DNA of 64,000 nucleotides from Felis catus (GCF_018350175.1 NC_058368.1:175152001-175216000); one strand, 5' to 3'. Positions 48,287-60,365 are shown, numbered from the stretch's first letter. Numbers and translations: made by a program. The notes: generated by a model from the letters alone, not told the origin.

Positions 48287-49310
48287 CCGCTCTGCCTCCA
48301 TCAACACCCGAGTGCTCCAGTCTCAAATTATCTTCAGCGTCTCCACTTTTGACCTGGCAGATTCACGTGCTGCCTGCTCTACAGCAGCAGTTTCCGCAGC
48401 GACACTGTATTTCCCTTGAGAATATGAACCTTGGTCTTGACATTTATTCATTCATGCATTCAGCCAACAAATGATGGGTGTGAGGAACCACCCAAGGCTC
48501 CATTCCTTTGTGTTCCTTCCAGAGCCTGGAATACTTGAGGGTGTTCCCTGAATGGCTAGTGATGAATGACCAAGTGAGGGCATGAGTGAATGGATGAATG
48601 GATGGACACATGGAGGGAAAATGGCAGAAGCAGCAGCCATGACGGTCAGACCCCTCAACCCCCAGAGCTTTCCAGTCTCTTCCAGCAGGCAGGGAGACAA
48701 GCCACACCTCCTGGAGCCACCATGGGCTTTCTCTGAGTCCCACAGGGCAATGGGAGAAGTCATTTCAGGGAATGTTGATTGGCAAGAACAGCAGCCCGAG
48801 GCAGCCATGATGCCGTCTCCCATCCTCCTGTCTGGGGCCTGCAAACTCTACATATGAATGGGACGTGGTTGGTGTCCCCAGGAAGTCAGTCAGAGCCCAC
48901 TGTGGACCTTTGATGACCTCCCAGGGCTGGCTCTATATTCACTCAGTTTCTGAAGGCAACCCTGTGGTTGGTGCCCAGGAAGCAGAACCATAGGGAAGAC
49001 AACACCTCCCTCCACCCGATGGGCCACAGCTGGCACAGAGGTACGGCATCTCCCCTTCCAACACGGGGGGCTCTGTAGGTGCCCCAAGGACTCTGATTTG
49101 CAGAGACGGTAAACTGTAGAAGGACGGGCCTGGGTGTCAAGGAGTGATCAGATTTTGCCTGATCAAAGAAGAGAGAAAGGGAATCGTATTGGGTTCCTAC
49201 GATGGGTGATGTTCTGTGATCCAAGGTTATGATCTCTGGTGTATAGATGAGAAGACAGAGGCCTAGTGAGGGGAAGACCTCGGCCAGGAGCACCCAGCTC
49301 ATAGGTGATA

Positions 49311-49651
49311 CAGTTGATCCTTGAACAACATGAGTTTGAGCAGAGTGGGTCCGCCTATACATGAATATTTTTCCGATAAATACAATACTTTACCGTGGAT
49401 GTATTTTCTCTTCCTTACGATTTTCTTAATAAGGTTTCCTTTCCTCTCACTTACTGTATTGTAAGAATACACTAGATAACATATCTAACACACGAAACAC
49501 ATGTTAATTGCCCTTTTATGTTATGGGTAGGGGTTTTGGTCAATGGTAAGCTATTAGTGGTTAAGTTTGGGGAGAGTCAAAAGTCAAATGCGGATTTTCG
49601 ATTATGTGCGGAGTCAGCGACCCAACCTCTGTGTTGTTCAAGGACCAACTG
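49311..49651. mobile_element. Complete Tigger2a-type non-autonomous TcMar element
   Basis: Terminal inverted repeats cagttgatccttgaacaaca / tgttgttcaaggaccaactg (19/20 match), flanked by a TA duplication at 49309-10 and 49652-53. Confidence 0.93.
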
Positions 49652-49887
49652 TAGTGAGGACGTGAATCATGGCTGCTTTCCTCATAGGCCCTGCTGGGAG
49701 CTTACAGGGCAGGCCTGGCAGGAGTAAGGGGCTGCCTCTGCTGGAGAAGCTGCTAGAACCGGCCTGTAATCACTGCTCCCCTTCACCAGCTGGGTCCGGT
49801 TGAAGCTCAGCGTTCCTCTTACTGACTTGAGCTCGGGTCTGGGAAGCAACCACCTTCCTAGTTATGCTCTGCTTAAGAGCATATTAA

Positions 49888-50106
49888 GGGGTGCCTGGGT
49901 GGCGCAGTCGGTTAAGCGTCCGACTTCAGCCAGGTCACGATCTCGTGGTCCGTGAGTTCGAGCCCCGCGTCGGGCTCTGGGCTGATGGCTCAGAGCCTGG
50001 AGCCTGTTTCCGATTCTGTGTCTCCCTCTCTCTCTGCCCCTCCCCCGTTCATGCTCTGTCTCTCTCTGTTCCAAAAATAAATAAACGTTGAAAAAAAATT
50101 AAAAAA
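49888..50106 (+). mobile_element. Young felid CAN-SINE
   Basis: TSD aagagcatattaag at 49875-49888 and 50107-50120. Confidence 0.97.
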
Positions 50107-50446
50107 AAGAGCATATTAAGATATTAAGAGCATATTAAGATATTCATGAAATCAATAGCTTTTCTAGGCATTCACACTAACCATTTAGAAGCAAAAAAAA
50201 TTTTTTTTGAATGATATTACTTAAAGACAGATTATAAAATACCTAGCCACCGCCAACACAAAAGATATAGCACCTCTGTTAATTCAGCCACACAGTCTCA
50301 TTGAAGACCTAAAACAGGACAGTCAGCGGGAAGAAATTTTAGGTTCTTCAATAGGAAGATGAAATACCAGTAAAATGTGAATTCTTGCCATTTAATTAAT
50401 TCCGGTTAAGATCTCATTTTTTTTTAAAAAGGACAAAATTATTTTA

Positions 50447-50670
50447 TTTATTTTTTAATTTTTTTTAATGTTTATTTATTTTTGAGAGAGACAGAGACAG
50501 AACGTGAGTGGGTTAGGGGCAGAGAGAGAGGGGGGACACAGAATCTGAAGCAGGCTCCAGGCTCCGAGACGTCAGCACAGAGCCCGACGCGGGGCTCGAA
50601 CCCACGAGCCGTGAGATCATGACCTGAGCCGAAGTCGGACGCTCAACCGACTGAGCCACCCAGGCGCCCC
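50447..50670 (-). mobile_element. CAN-SINE
   Basis: TSD aggacaaaattatttta at 50430-50446 and 50671-50687. Confidence 0.96.
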
Positions 50671-51387
50671 AGGACAAAATTATTTTAAAGTTCTTGTGGA
50701 AGAGTGAGTGTCAAAAACGGCAAAATATTCTTGAAAACAGAAAATATTTAAACTCATTCTAAAGCCAGAATAATAAAAATAGTATGGTCTGACCACAGGA
50801 AAAACAATAACAACAACAACACCGCAATAGACCACAAAGCTACAATCGGATGATGGCCAACAAGAGAACGATGATGCAGGAGACCGTGTTTAGAAACATA
50901 CCCAAAGTTTACACAGAAAGTTACTCTTCAACGTGGTGAGATTTCATTTCCATGAGAAGTAAATGGTACTTTACATCCGGGAGAAAACAAAAACTAGACT
51001 GCATTAATCACGCTAAATTGTTTGAAAAGGTTCAAAGTGCATTCAGAATCTAACTGTAAAATACAACACGACAATAGTAGATGACGTTTTAGGCAAATGA
51101 CTTTGGATGGAGATGAACTTCTTAAACAAGTCAGGAAACCCAGGTGCCTTACCGGGTCGGAGAAACAGAGCTGACTTCACCAGGCACTTAAGTTTTGTGG
51201 AGTGAAAAGTACCACATGTAAAGTCAGACGGTTTGGGGAAAACATCGCATCTATGATAAGCAGAGAGTCAATTTTCCCCCACATATGGAGACCTCCTATA
51301 AATTGATAAAAGACAACCGATGCACTCTAAAAAGGAGCAAAGGATACACAAATGCAAGGGAAGTGCGAAACGAAATGTGATCTTGGT

Positions 51388-51590
51388 GGGGTACCTGGGC
51401 AGCTCAGTCAGTTAAGCATCTGACTTTTGATTTCGGCTCAGGTCATGATCTCAGGGTTCATGAGTTCGAGCTCTGAGTAGGGCTCTGCGCTGACAGTGAG
51501 GAGCCTGCTTGAGACTCTCTTTCCCTCTCTCTATGCTCACTCTCTCTCTCTCTCTCTCTCAAAAAATGAATAAACTTCAAAAAAAAAATA
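51388..51590 (+). mobile_element. CAN-SINE (older subfamily)
   Basis: Head, (CT)n tract and A-tail present. Confidence 0.9.
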
Positions 51591-52340
51591 ATGAATCCGA
51601 TTCTGATGTGGGGCAATAATCATTCTCATACAGCAGGCGTGGGGGCGTTAACTGCTACGACCATTTTGGAGGTGTTGATTATAGGGTCGTACACACTTAC
51701 CTTTGGACCCAGAAATCCCACTCTCGAAAATCTATCCTCTGGATTATAAAAATACAAGTGTAAAAATTCATATTTCAACACTGACTGTGGAGACAGAGGA
51801 GGAGGGATTCTCCCAGCATGCACCTGGATGGTCCTGGGTGGGCTGGGTAAAGAAATCCAAGCAATCCCCTCCAATGGCTCGCTCTGCACCTGTTACAGAG
51901 CAGGAGACAGACCTACCTACACCAACCGGAGAGATGGCCCTAATCCTTCTGCAAAACTAGCAGATTGAAGAGAAATGTGTGAGGCACCTTCTCATTTTAT
52001 GGCGAACAAAAGCCCCAACAGATGTGAACGTATGTATGAGCACAGAGGAATAGTTGAGAAGCTAAGACCTGCTCAGACCTAAAGACTCCACAGCCCCAAG
52101 CACAGGGGACTCCTCTGAGAGTTTGCCACTCGGGGAAGTCCATATTGAGAACATTTGTAGCACGACATCAGAAAATGCTGGACCTTCAGGCTTTACCCCC
52201 ATAACAGCCAGTTATTAAACCAGTATCAACATGTTATGGCCATAAGGGGCTGAAAGGAGGGGGGGGGGGCGGGGTGCAGGCCTTGCGCCTGGAAGCCCTT
52301 ACTCAAAGACGCGCTTATTCCTTACACCAAGAAATGCAAA

Positions 52341-52559
52341 GGGGCGCCTGGGTGGCGCAGTCGGTTAAGCGTCCGACTTCAGCCAGGTCACGATCTCGCG
52401 GTCCGCGAGTTCGAGCCCCGCGTCAGGCTCTGGGCTGATGGCTCAGAGCCTGGAGCCTGTTTCCGATGCTGTGTCTCCCTCTCTCTCTGCCCCTCCCCCG
52501 TTCATGCTCTGTCTCTCTCTGTTCCAAAAATAAATAAAAACGTTGAAAAAAAAAAAAAA
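52341..52559 (+). mobile_element. Young felid CAN-SINE
   Basis: TSD aagaaatgca at 52329-52338 and 52560-52569. Confidence 0.96.
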
Positions 52560-53699
52560 AAGAAATGCATGGACACGGATTAATTTTGTAGCACCCGCGA
52601 GATCTCTCAGCTCCCATTATCCAGGACTCTGGGCTTCCTCTCACGGAACACCATCCTTTCCAGAGGATTCTGAGGGCTGTGCGCCCTAAGAGAGTGCAGG
52701 AGAGGCTATGCTGCATCTTCACCACTGGAGGGCAGTGTTACCACACCACCTGGAAGAGCTTGAAAGGGGTTCCCAGCCTCGGCCAGAAGCCAGCAGGTCC
52801 TGGGCCCTCAGGGACCCCCGTCCCCACCCCGGGGCCCTCCCCTGGGGGGTGGAGGAATAAAGAGGGCGGGAGGACTCAAACCTTAGTGTCCTGCAACTCA
52901 ACTTACAGGCCATATGGGACAAGTCACCGCACTCCCCTGAGCCTCCCGTCTCCCCATCTGTAAAGCAGGGAGGTTTTAGCGTTGACTTCAGAGGGTGTTG
53001 TGATTCAACAAGCTTAGAAGGGTGCCTGGCACGCGGTGAGCCCTCAGCAAAATGTCAGCCGCCGTCCTTACGGCCGGTTGCCCAGGGCCGCGATGATCCC
53101 TCCCGTTCTCCAGCTCGCCCTCTGACGGATGTGCTATTATCTTCCGTACGACGGAGTAGGAGACCGAGGGGCATAGAAAGGAAGTGACTGTCCCCAGGCC
53201 ACAGAGTGAGCGGGGACAAGCAGGGACTTGAATCTGGTCTAGGTGCCACCACGGGGCTCTCCTCCCGGACTCAGCTCAGCAGGGGTGATGGGGTGGGGGG
53301 GGGTCTGCAGCTCTGGGTCTGGGGCCTGAGTCCCCCCCACCCTTCCATCCCCCTCCACCCCCACCTGGGTGGGCTACCCGGCGCTCAGCACCCTCTGCTC
53401 TCCGTCCCAGCCGCTTCCCTGGAAAGCGAGACTTGCCATCACAGACTCCCGGGGAGATTCGGTGACAGCGAGCGCACAGGCTTCAAAACAAAGAAGCCAC
53501 GCATTCGTGCCGTTATGCCACTCGGTTTGTTGGGCTCCAAGTGTAGGCCCGGCCCAGCAGCCGGGCTCCAGTAACCCCCGCCAGGGGTGGCCCTAACGGG
53601 CTTGCAGTCTGACTGTCTTGCCCTTGGCACAAGCCGTGCTCCCTGGCAGGGTCTGCGGGTCTGGCACTTGGAGGGTAGGCGAGGTGCCTGAATTTCAGC

Positions 53700-54330
53700 A
53701 CCCCCCCCCCATCCTTCCCCTTACGTACTCACATGCACGCACATGCGCACACACGGGGAGGGGGGTGGGTAGTCGTTTGCGGGGCAAGTGACCGAGCAGC
53801 AGAGGCGGGCGGCGGAGGGCAGGGGGCGGGGGGCGGGGGGGCTGTCAACCTGCAGCAGCTCAGCGCCACAAGCACGGCCCCATGCCGACAACAGCTGGCT
53901 CCTTGGGACGATAGCTTTTCTGAGCCTCACCCAGACTTAGGAAGCCGCTGTGCCGAGCCAAAGTCTGGGTGTCCAACGCTGCGCACCGGGAGAGGACCCC
54001 CCCCCCCCCCCAGCTCGGAGGGTCGCCGTCAGGTGGCCACGCCCATTTCTTCGCTTGGCTTTCTCCTCTGCAAGCCGTGGACGGTGCCGGGCCCCCCACA
54101 TCGCGGCGGTGGGGGACCTGACCGGGGATCTGTAACGGGAGCACTTTGCAGAGTGCCTGGAGCCCGTGAGCACTGGGGGAAGAGTCCACGCTGACTTTCT
54201 CATTGCCCGTCTTCACCGCTCAGCTCACGGCTCCCGTTCCAAGCTGACGATCGCCTCTCCTCTGCCCTGCCTCGTAATAGACGCGTGTTCGGGACCCCCG
54301 CCTGCAGTGCTGCCCGGAGGACAGAACAGG
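53700..54330. promoter_or_regulatory. CpG-rich promoter-like segment
   Basis: Tandem GC boxes ggggcggggg at about 53822-53840 and high CpG density. Confidence 0.45.
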
Positions 54331-54704
54331 ACAGAGACGCCAGTGCCCGACACACAGGCTGGCAGTGCGAAAGAACAACCCCAACCTCCTGTAGACCCCC
54401 ATCTCCAGCCTGGCAAGCGGTTGGGCTCAAACCTTGTCTCATGCTTGACTCTCTCCTGCCCCACATCTGGTCAGTCAGCAAATGCAGCCCAGCCTGAGCG
54501 CGGCTCACCCGGGGTGATGACCCCCATCCGAGAGCCACATCATCCCCAGGCCTGGGCCCCCTGAGCTGCCTCCAGGGGAGCAGAGTTGTCTGGCCTGAGC
54601 TCTGCTCAGAGCTCTCCAGTGGCTCCCTCTTACCCACTCCTCAAACGCTTTGCATACTCTGTTCTCTCTGTCTAGCACGCCCTTCCTCAGACAGCCACAG
54701 CGGG

Positions 54705-54930
54705 CCCATTCAGGTGCCTGCCGATGCTCCCGTGACAAAGCTGCCCCTTCAAGATCATGAGCCGGGTAGACAGGTGGGCAGCGCGGGGAACTGAAAAGCC
54801 CTGAGGAAAAGGGGCTCCACGCAGACAGTCCGAATGCGAGTTCGGGGCACCGTGTTCCAGAGGAAATAGAAATCCGAATTTTCATGTGAAATCGCCCGAC
54901 TATTAAACGCTGGTAGTCACCTCTGAAGTT
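54705..54930. mobile_element. MER102-like fragment
   Basis: aattttcatgtgaaatcgcccgactattaaacgctgg, shared with the 60.0 kb copy. Confidence 0.55.
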
Positions 54931-55063
54931 CATTTCTGATCCTTAAGATCCCATCTGTGGTCAGTCGCTACATCATAGAAACACCAGTAAAAGAAAGCAA
55001 AAGGAAATAGAGGGCAACACCGTTTTTCTTTCAATCCCGCCCACCGCCCGCCCCCATGCTTCC

Positions 55064-55449
55064 GGGTATGGGATGAGTTGTGTCCCCCCAAATTTCATGT
55101 GCTGAGGTCCTAACCTTTGGTCCCTCAGAACGTGACTGCATTCGGAGATGGGCGCTTTAAAGAGGCAATTATGTTACAACAAGGTCATTGGGTTGGGCCA
55201 CTGTCCAACGTGACAGGTGTCCTTACAAGAAGAAACTACCACGCAGATACACAGAGGAAGGTCATGTGAAGACACAGGAAGAAGATGGGTAACCGTGTAC
55301 AAGCCAAGGAGAGAGGCCCCAGAATAAACCAAACCTCCTGACCCCTTGATGTTGGACTTCCAGCCTTCAGAATGGCGAAAAGATCCAGTCCTATTGTTTA
55401 AGCCCCCAGCCTGTGGTACTGGTTACCTCACCCACAGCAAACTAACTCA
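55064..55449 (+). mobile_element. MLT1B-like solo LTR
   Basis: tatgggatgagttgtgtccccccaaatttcatgtg...caagccaaggagagaggcc...gacttccagcc...gcaaactaactca. Confidence 0.88.
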
Positions 55450-55827
55450 TTCTCTCTTTTTCACTCTTTCTCCCCTCCCCCCCCCCCATCTGGTGGGACA
55501 GAAAATGATCAGGTTCAAGAGGGAAGAGGGAAGGTGGCAGATTTGGTGAGGCCAAGACAAACCCTCATTGCAGAAACGGGGTAGGGGGCGCTAGAGGCAG
55601 GAAGACCTCAATCGGCAGCATCTGACGCTACAACTGAGGGACCACAACCAATTCCCCCACTATCCCGGGAGTTGGGTGGCTCCTTGCCCCCATTTTATAT
55701 GGGGGGGGGGGGAAACTGAGGCTTTAAGCGGGCTGAGCCAGCTTGTAGCCAGCACGCGGCAGCGCGGGGATTCGGTCCTGGCTCCCCTGCACCGCCCTGG
55801 CCTCGTGCTCGGCGGTGGCGCTTGCCC

Positions 55828-55887
55828 AGGGGAGCGGGGGGGGGGGGGGGGGGGAGGGGGGAGGGGGAGGGGGGGAGGGGGGGGGGG
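55828..55887 (+). other. G-quadruplex-forming G-tract
   Basis: Many runs of three or more G separated by 1-3 nt. Confidence 0.7.
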
Positions 55888-55978
55888 ACCGACCTTCCAG
55901 AATTCCCAGCAAACCCTGGCAGGAGCTGCAGCAGGAAAACAAAGGGACGGCTCGCTTGCTGGCTGCAGAGGAGCGACT

Positions 55979-55995
55979 CGCCACCAGGGGGCAGC
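55979..55995 (+). promoter_or_regulatory. CTCF motif
   Basis: CGCCACCAGGGGGCAGC is close to the CTCF core CCACCAGGGGGCGC. Confidence 0.75.
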
Positions 55996-56819
55996 GCGCG
56001 CTGGCAGCCGCCCGGGGACCGCCTTTGTCCGGGTGAGGCCCCCTTCCCGCACCCCGCAGACGCGGGAGCTCGCCCCCCCCCCCCCCCCCCGATCCTCCCG
56101 GCCCGCGGGCGACCAGCTACCCCGGACAGGCCCCTGCACCCTGCACGCCGCAGAGCCTCCCCTCTGCGTCACCTGGCCCTCCCTCCTTTCTGGCTGCCCA
56201 ACGGATCGCATTTCCTGTCATCTCCCAGGGCCCGGCTCAAAGATCTTTCCAGTCTCTCGGCTTTCATGGAGACTTCCTTCATCTTGGGCACACGCAGGCA
56301 GATCGATGATGCTTCGTAGCCACGGCCCAGCCCTCCCTCCATCAGCCCGCTCTGGGCTGTGAAAGCATCTCCGGTGTGCAGTGAGCGCGGGGCAAATCTA
56401 GATCCCCCACCCCTTTCCCCGTTCTGTCCGTCGGGACCCCAGAAGCCGTCCTTCCTAGAAATCCCCAAGCTGCCCACCTCCTGGGCCGAGAGGGCAGCCA
56501 GAGCCTGTTATCTGTCCCTGTGCTGACCACACGGGCCTGGAAAGGTCTGTTTAGGGACAGAGACCTGTTTGGACCGCAACCACATCTGAGTCATCCCTGT
56601 GCCCCAGGCCCACCTTGGTGACTGCTGGTCAGTCCTTCCTTGGGTTCCGAGGGCTGCCCCGGTGCCTGGAGGCGCCCCTCAGGTGTGCCCACCCTCCTGC
56701 AGCTGGCCTTTCTCCTGGGGGTGGGGCGGGGTGCCTGGCCTAGGGAAGAAAGTTGCCAATCAACATACCTGACATCTCAACTCAGGCAGGCGGCTCCAGT
56801 GGCCACGCCCCCTGCCTTC

Positions 56820-56853
<34 letters not shown>

Positions 56854-56862
56854 CGCACACAC
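56820..56862 (+). repeat. (CA)n microsatellite
   Basis: Seen directly. Confidence 0.97.
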
Positions 56863-57289
56863 AAAAGTGACGTTCACCTGCTGCTAGAAAACATCCTTCC
56901 TATACCTTTCCTCATTTCCCCCTCAAACAGCCTTGCAGAGGGGAAAGGCCGCCTTGCCCATTCCACAGATGAGGAAACTGAGGCAGAGAGCAGGGGCCTG
57001 TGCGAGCTCTGTCTCCATCTGACAAAGCTGTGCCCTCCTCCTGGAGCCTGCCTGCCCTCTCCTCCTGGCCTTGGCCTGCCACCTCAAGTGTTTTCCCCCT
57101 GGGTCTTATGCCTCCCCGTGCTGTTTCTTCAGAGGGCCCAACACTGGACACTCAGGTTAGTCTCTCGTGTGACCGTGACTGCCTGTCTCCCCCCGTCAGC
57201 TCAGCTCCGCGTGTAGGAACCGTGTGAGTCTTCTTCACCGTGGTATTCCTCACACAGAGCACTTTGCCGGGCACACAAGCAAGTGGGTT

Positions 57290-57550
57290 GAATGAAATGA
57301 CTCAAAAGTCAAAACAGGCCGAGGGAGCGTGTGACATCATCCCCGTCTTCTCCGTCATCCCCAGGCCGGGAGTGCGGGCTCATCTGGAAGAGAAGGAACC
57401 TTTGTGATAGATACACCAGAATGAAGCAGTCTATCAAAGTGTATTTGGTTATAAGGTTGATAGATGTGAAGTGACATGTCTGTCAATTGCACGTGTTAAT
57501 AGCAGAAATAGAATGGACTGAAATCAGCGACTTAGTAAAAGGCGTCCGGG
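57290..57550. promoter_or_regulatory. Candidate enhancer
   Basis: AP-1 at 57298, TCF/LEF-type atcaaag at 57433, TGACA..TGTCA at 57472-57485, CACGTG at 57490. Confidence 0.4.
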
Positions 57551-59093
57551 GGGGTGCGAGCCACGTGAAGACAGAGGGGATGGAATGAGGCTTTGGAGTG
57601 CCCGTGTTGCTGCTCCCGTGGGTGTGCAGTGAGTCGAGGACGCAGCTGGGGTTGGAGCACGCGGAGCAGACGGCCCGGAGGAGGCTGCCTTGGTCATGGG
57701 CCCCCTCCTCCTGCTGATGAGATCATGAAAATAACAATACTTGCTACAGGCATTAAAGTCAGCCATGGGGGACCAGCCGCTGTGACCTTGCTAGCTGTGC
57801 CCGGGGGGGACATCAGGAGGTTAGTGGCGAACTTGGGTTGTTAAGGGAACGACCGCACTGACGAGGGTGCAGGCCTGCTGCGCCACCCACGTTTACATTG
57901 TCCTGTGGGCTTGAGTCTGCATTGCCCCTCCTGTCGGGCTTGTTCCCATTTGTGAATGAGAGGAAGCCGGAAAGGGAGAGGAAGGGGTCAGCGCAGAGAG
58001 GGCGGCCAACTTGCTTTGGCCTCACAGCGGCAGTGGCGGGGAGAGGATTGCCACCCAGGTCTCTCAGTCAGCAGCACGGCTTCCAGGGCTGTGCACTGCG
58101 TCCCCAGGCTCCCCCTGCGTGGAGCCCAATCTTGGCAGGTTTTCGTCTGAAGCCCCAGTCACGTGCCTTGAATTATTCCTCCAAGGTGACTGTCCGGGGC
58201 GGCTGCTGGTGACTTCTCTGGCTTTCGATTTTCGATGCTTCCTGCCAGGAGGGTGCTGGTGTCAGAGCCGGCAGATGCCCACAAGAGCCCGTGGCAGTCT
58301 TCATGCCCTCCGCACTCATTTGTCGGGCCCACCGCACGCGCCAGGCAGTGGACATAAAGCCCCATAAGTTCAAACCTCAAGTCTGCATCTTACTAGCCGT
58401 GTGATGTTGGGGGAACCACTCTACCTCTCTGGACACTTTCCATTTGTAAAACGGGGTCAACCACTCACAGCAGTTTGCTTAAGCAGCTGAGGAATAACAC
58501 ACAAAATGTGAACGCGCCCGATGTAGTCGGGGCAACAAAGGCACTGAGTTCCTGGCCCCTAATCTAGCACTGTCTCTAGGTCAGAAGCCAGGACATCCTC
58601 GGAAGGCCAAGTTGTGGGTCCTCTGAATACTGGATGCTGAACTTGGATTTCACCCTGGGAGCCATGGCGGGATTGGAGAGAAGTACTCAGATTTGCATTT
58701 CTGGAAAGACCCGTGAAGAGTGGATCAGAGGGGTGAGACCGGTCAAGCCAGGAGATGCCCAGGAGTCCCCCAGAGTGATGGATGGAGCAGATGAACCCAG
58801 GACCCAGTCAAGGACCAAAGAGCCACCCTCTTTCCATTTCTGTTCCTATTATTAATCTCACGTTTGTGCCCCAGCATTGAACACCCACACGCTCAGACTC
58901 CCTGTGATTTGGGGGTTTCCTCACTCAGCATTTACCTAAATCCTTGCTCCTACCCCTTTCTGCCCATCCTTTATGCAACACGGGGACATAAACATTTTCT
59001 TTTAAAGGAAGCTGCATCGTGTCAAGAAAGAGCCCTGCGCAAAAGGCAGCCCCGAGTTGGGCACTCTGCCCTTCCTGACACTCACATAGTCCC

Positions 59094-59642
59094 TGAGGGC
59101 AGGAATGATGGTCTCAAAGATGTCTGCGTCCTCATCCCCTGGATCTATGAATGTCACTTCCCACGGGGAAGGGGACTTTGCAGATGTAATCGAGTTGAGG
59201 ATCTTGAGATGGGGAAATGATCCGGGACGGGGCGGCCAGTGTCGTCACAGGGGTCTTTGTGAGTGGGATTAGAGCCTTCATAAGAGACCCCAGAGAGCTC
59301 CCCAGCCCCTCCCACCACTGAGGACACAAGGAGAAGTCTGCAACCCGGAAGAGGGCCCCACCTGACCGTGCTGTCACCCAGATCTCGGACCCCAACGTTT
59401 CTGTTCTTTATACAGAAGAGAATCAATCCGTGGCATTTTGTTACTGCAGCTCGAGAGGGACTAAGACACTCTCCTGGAGCCTCAGGAAGGTCCACGGCCC
59501 TTCTGACGCCTTGATCAAAGCCAGGGAGACCGGCTTTGTAGTTGTGACCTTGACCTCCAGATCCCCGAGACAATAAACGTGTTTTGATTCAAGGCAGTAA
59601 ATTCGAGGAAAGTTATTACAGCGGTAATAGGAAACTAACGCA
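59094..59642 (+). mobile_element. MLT1D-like LTR with an MLT1A-like 3' half (59261-59468) inside it
   Basis: gggactttgcagatgtaat...ggatcttgagatgggga (D-type); gagtgggattagagccttcataagagacccc...gactaagaca (A-type); cagcggtaataggaaactaacgca (D-type end). Confidence 0.75.
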
Positions 59643-59799
59643 CGCCTTCGCCTCTCTGGGCCTCTGTTTCCCTGTTGAGGCTGTAGACACGGGGAAGCAT
59701 TATGCACAGGCATAAAGTGAAAGTCAAGGCAAAGCAGAAAAAAAGCATGCCCTTCTGAGGAGGCCTGGACCTTCTCTGTGCCACCGCGGACTAGGCAGA

Positions 59800-60135
59800 G
59801 CGGACATCCCAAACTCAGATGCCTGCCCCGTCTAGTTGCAGAAGTGGGTGAAGTGGGCAGGTGTGAGAGGGGCAGTGCGGACTGGTGGGGTCTGTGGGAA
59901 AGGACCGAGCAAAGGCACTGACAGTAGGGGTGCCCCCCCCCCCACGTTGCCAGGTTAGAAGGTGGGTCCCTGTGGCCGGTCACCCATCTCTGCTTAGAGA
60001 AGTCGGGATGATGGATTTTCATGTGAAATCTCTCAATCCTTAGATATTGCCAACCAATTAGAAAAGAAATAAACACTGAGCCGGCCAAACCAAACACATC
60101 TGCAACCCAGCCTGGCCTCCAGCTTGTCATTCAAA
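59800..60135. mobile_element. MER102-like hAT element, near full length
   Basis: caaactcagatgcct...gattttcatgtgaaatctc...ggccaaaccaaacacatctgc. Confidence 0.7.
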
Positions 60136-60139
60136 CTCC

Positions 60140-60365
60140 GGGCTTTGGTGTCAACATGTTCGGGCTGGAATCCCAGCTCTTCCCCAGCCGACGAACCTGG
60201 GAACTTGCCTGAGGATGGGCAACTCTGAGCCTCAGTTTCCTCATTTGTGAAAAAGGGGTAAGAATGCTTACCTCGCTGGGTTGGGGGGAGAATAGATTGT
60301 AAAGAAGGGCACAGAGTACGGAATGAGCTTCCTACTAAATGTTCTTTGGTATTTTTATTACCGTT
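60140..60365 (+). mobile_element. MIR
   Basis: ggaatcccagctct...ctctgagcctcagtttcctcatttgtgaaaaagggg. Confidence 0.75.

Larger units (their letters stand above)
50150..51800 (+). mobile_element. Highly decayed L1M(E) ORF2/3' fragment with two nested SINEs
   Basis: A-rich; aaatcaatagcttttcta, ataggaagat...taaaatgtgaattctt, taataaaaatagtatggt, ggacccagaaatcccactct. Confidence 0.7.
55560..56480. promoter_or_regulatory. CpG-island-like promoter/insulator region
   Basis: Very GC- and CpG-rich and repeat-poor; CTCF motifs, G-tracts, SOX-type aacaaag/ctttgt sites. Confidence 0.65.

Noticed and set aside
55660..56477. 228-, 183-, 165- and 102-aa ORFs over the CpG island
   Set aside because: Overlapping on both strands, Gly/Pro-rich from G/C homopolymers; expected in stop-poor GC-rich DNA, with no recognisable domain.
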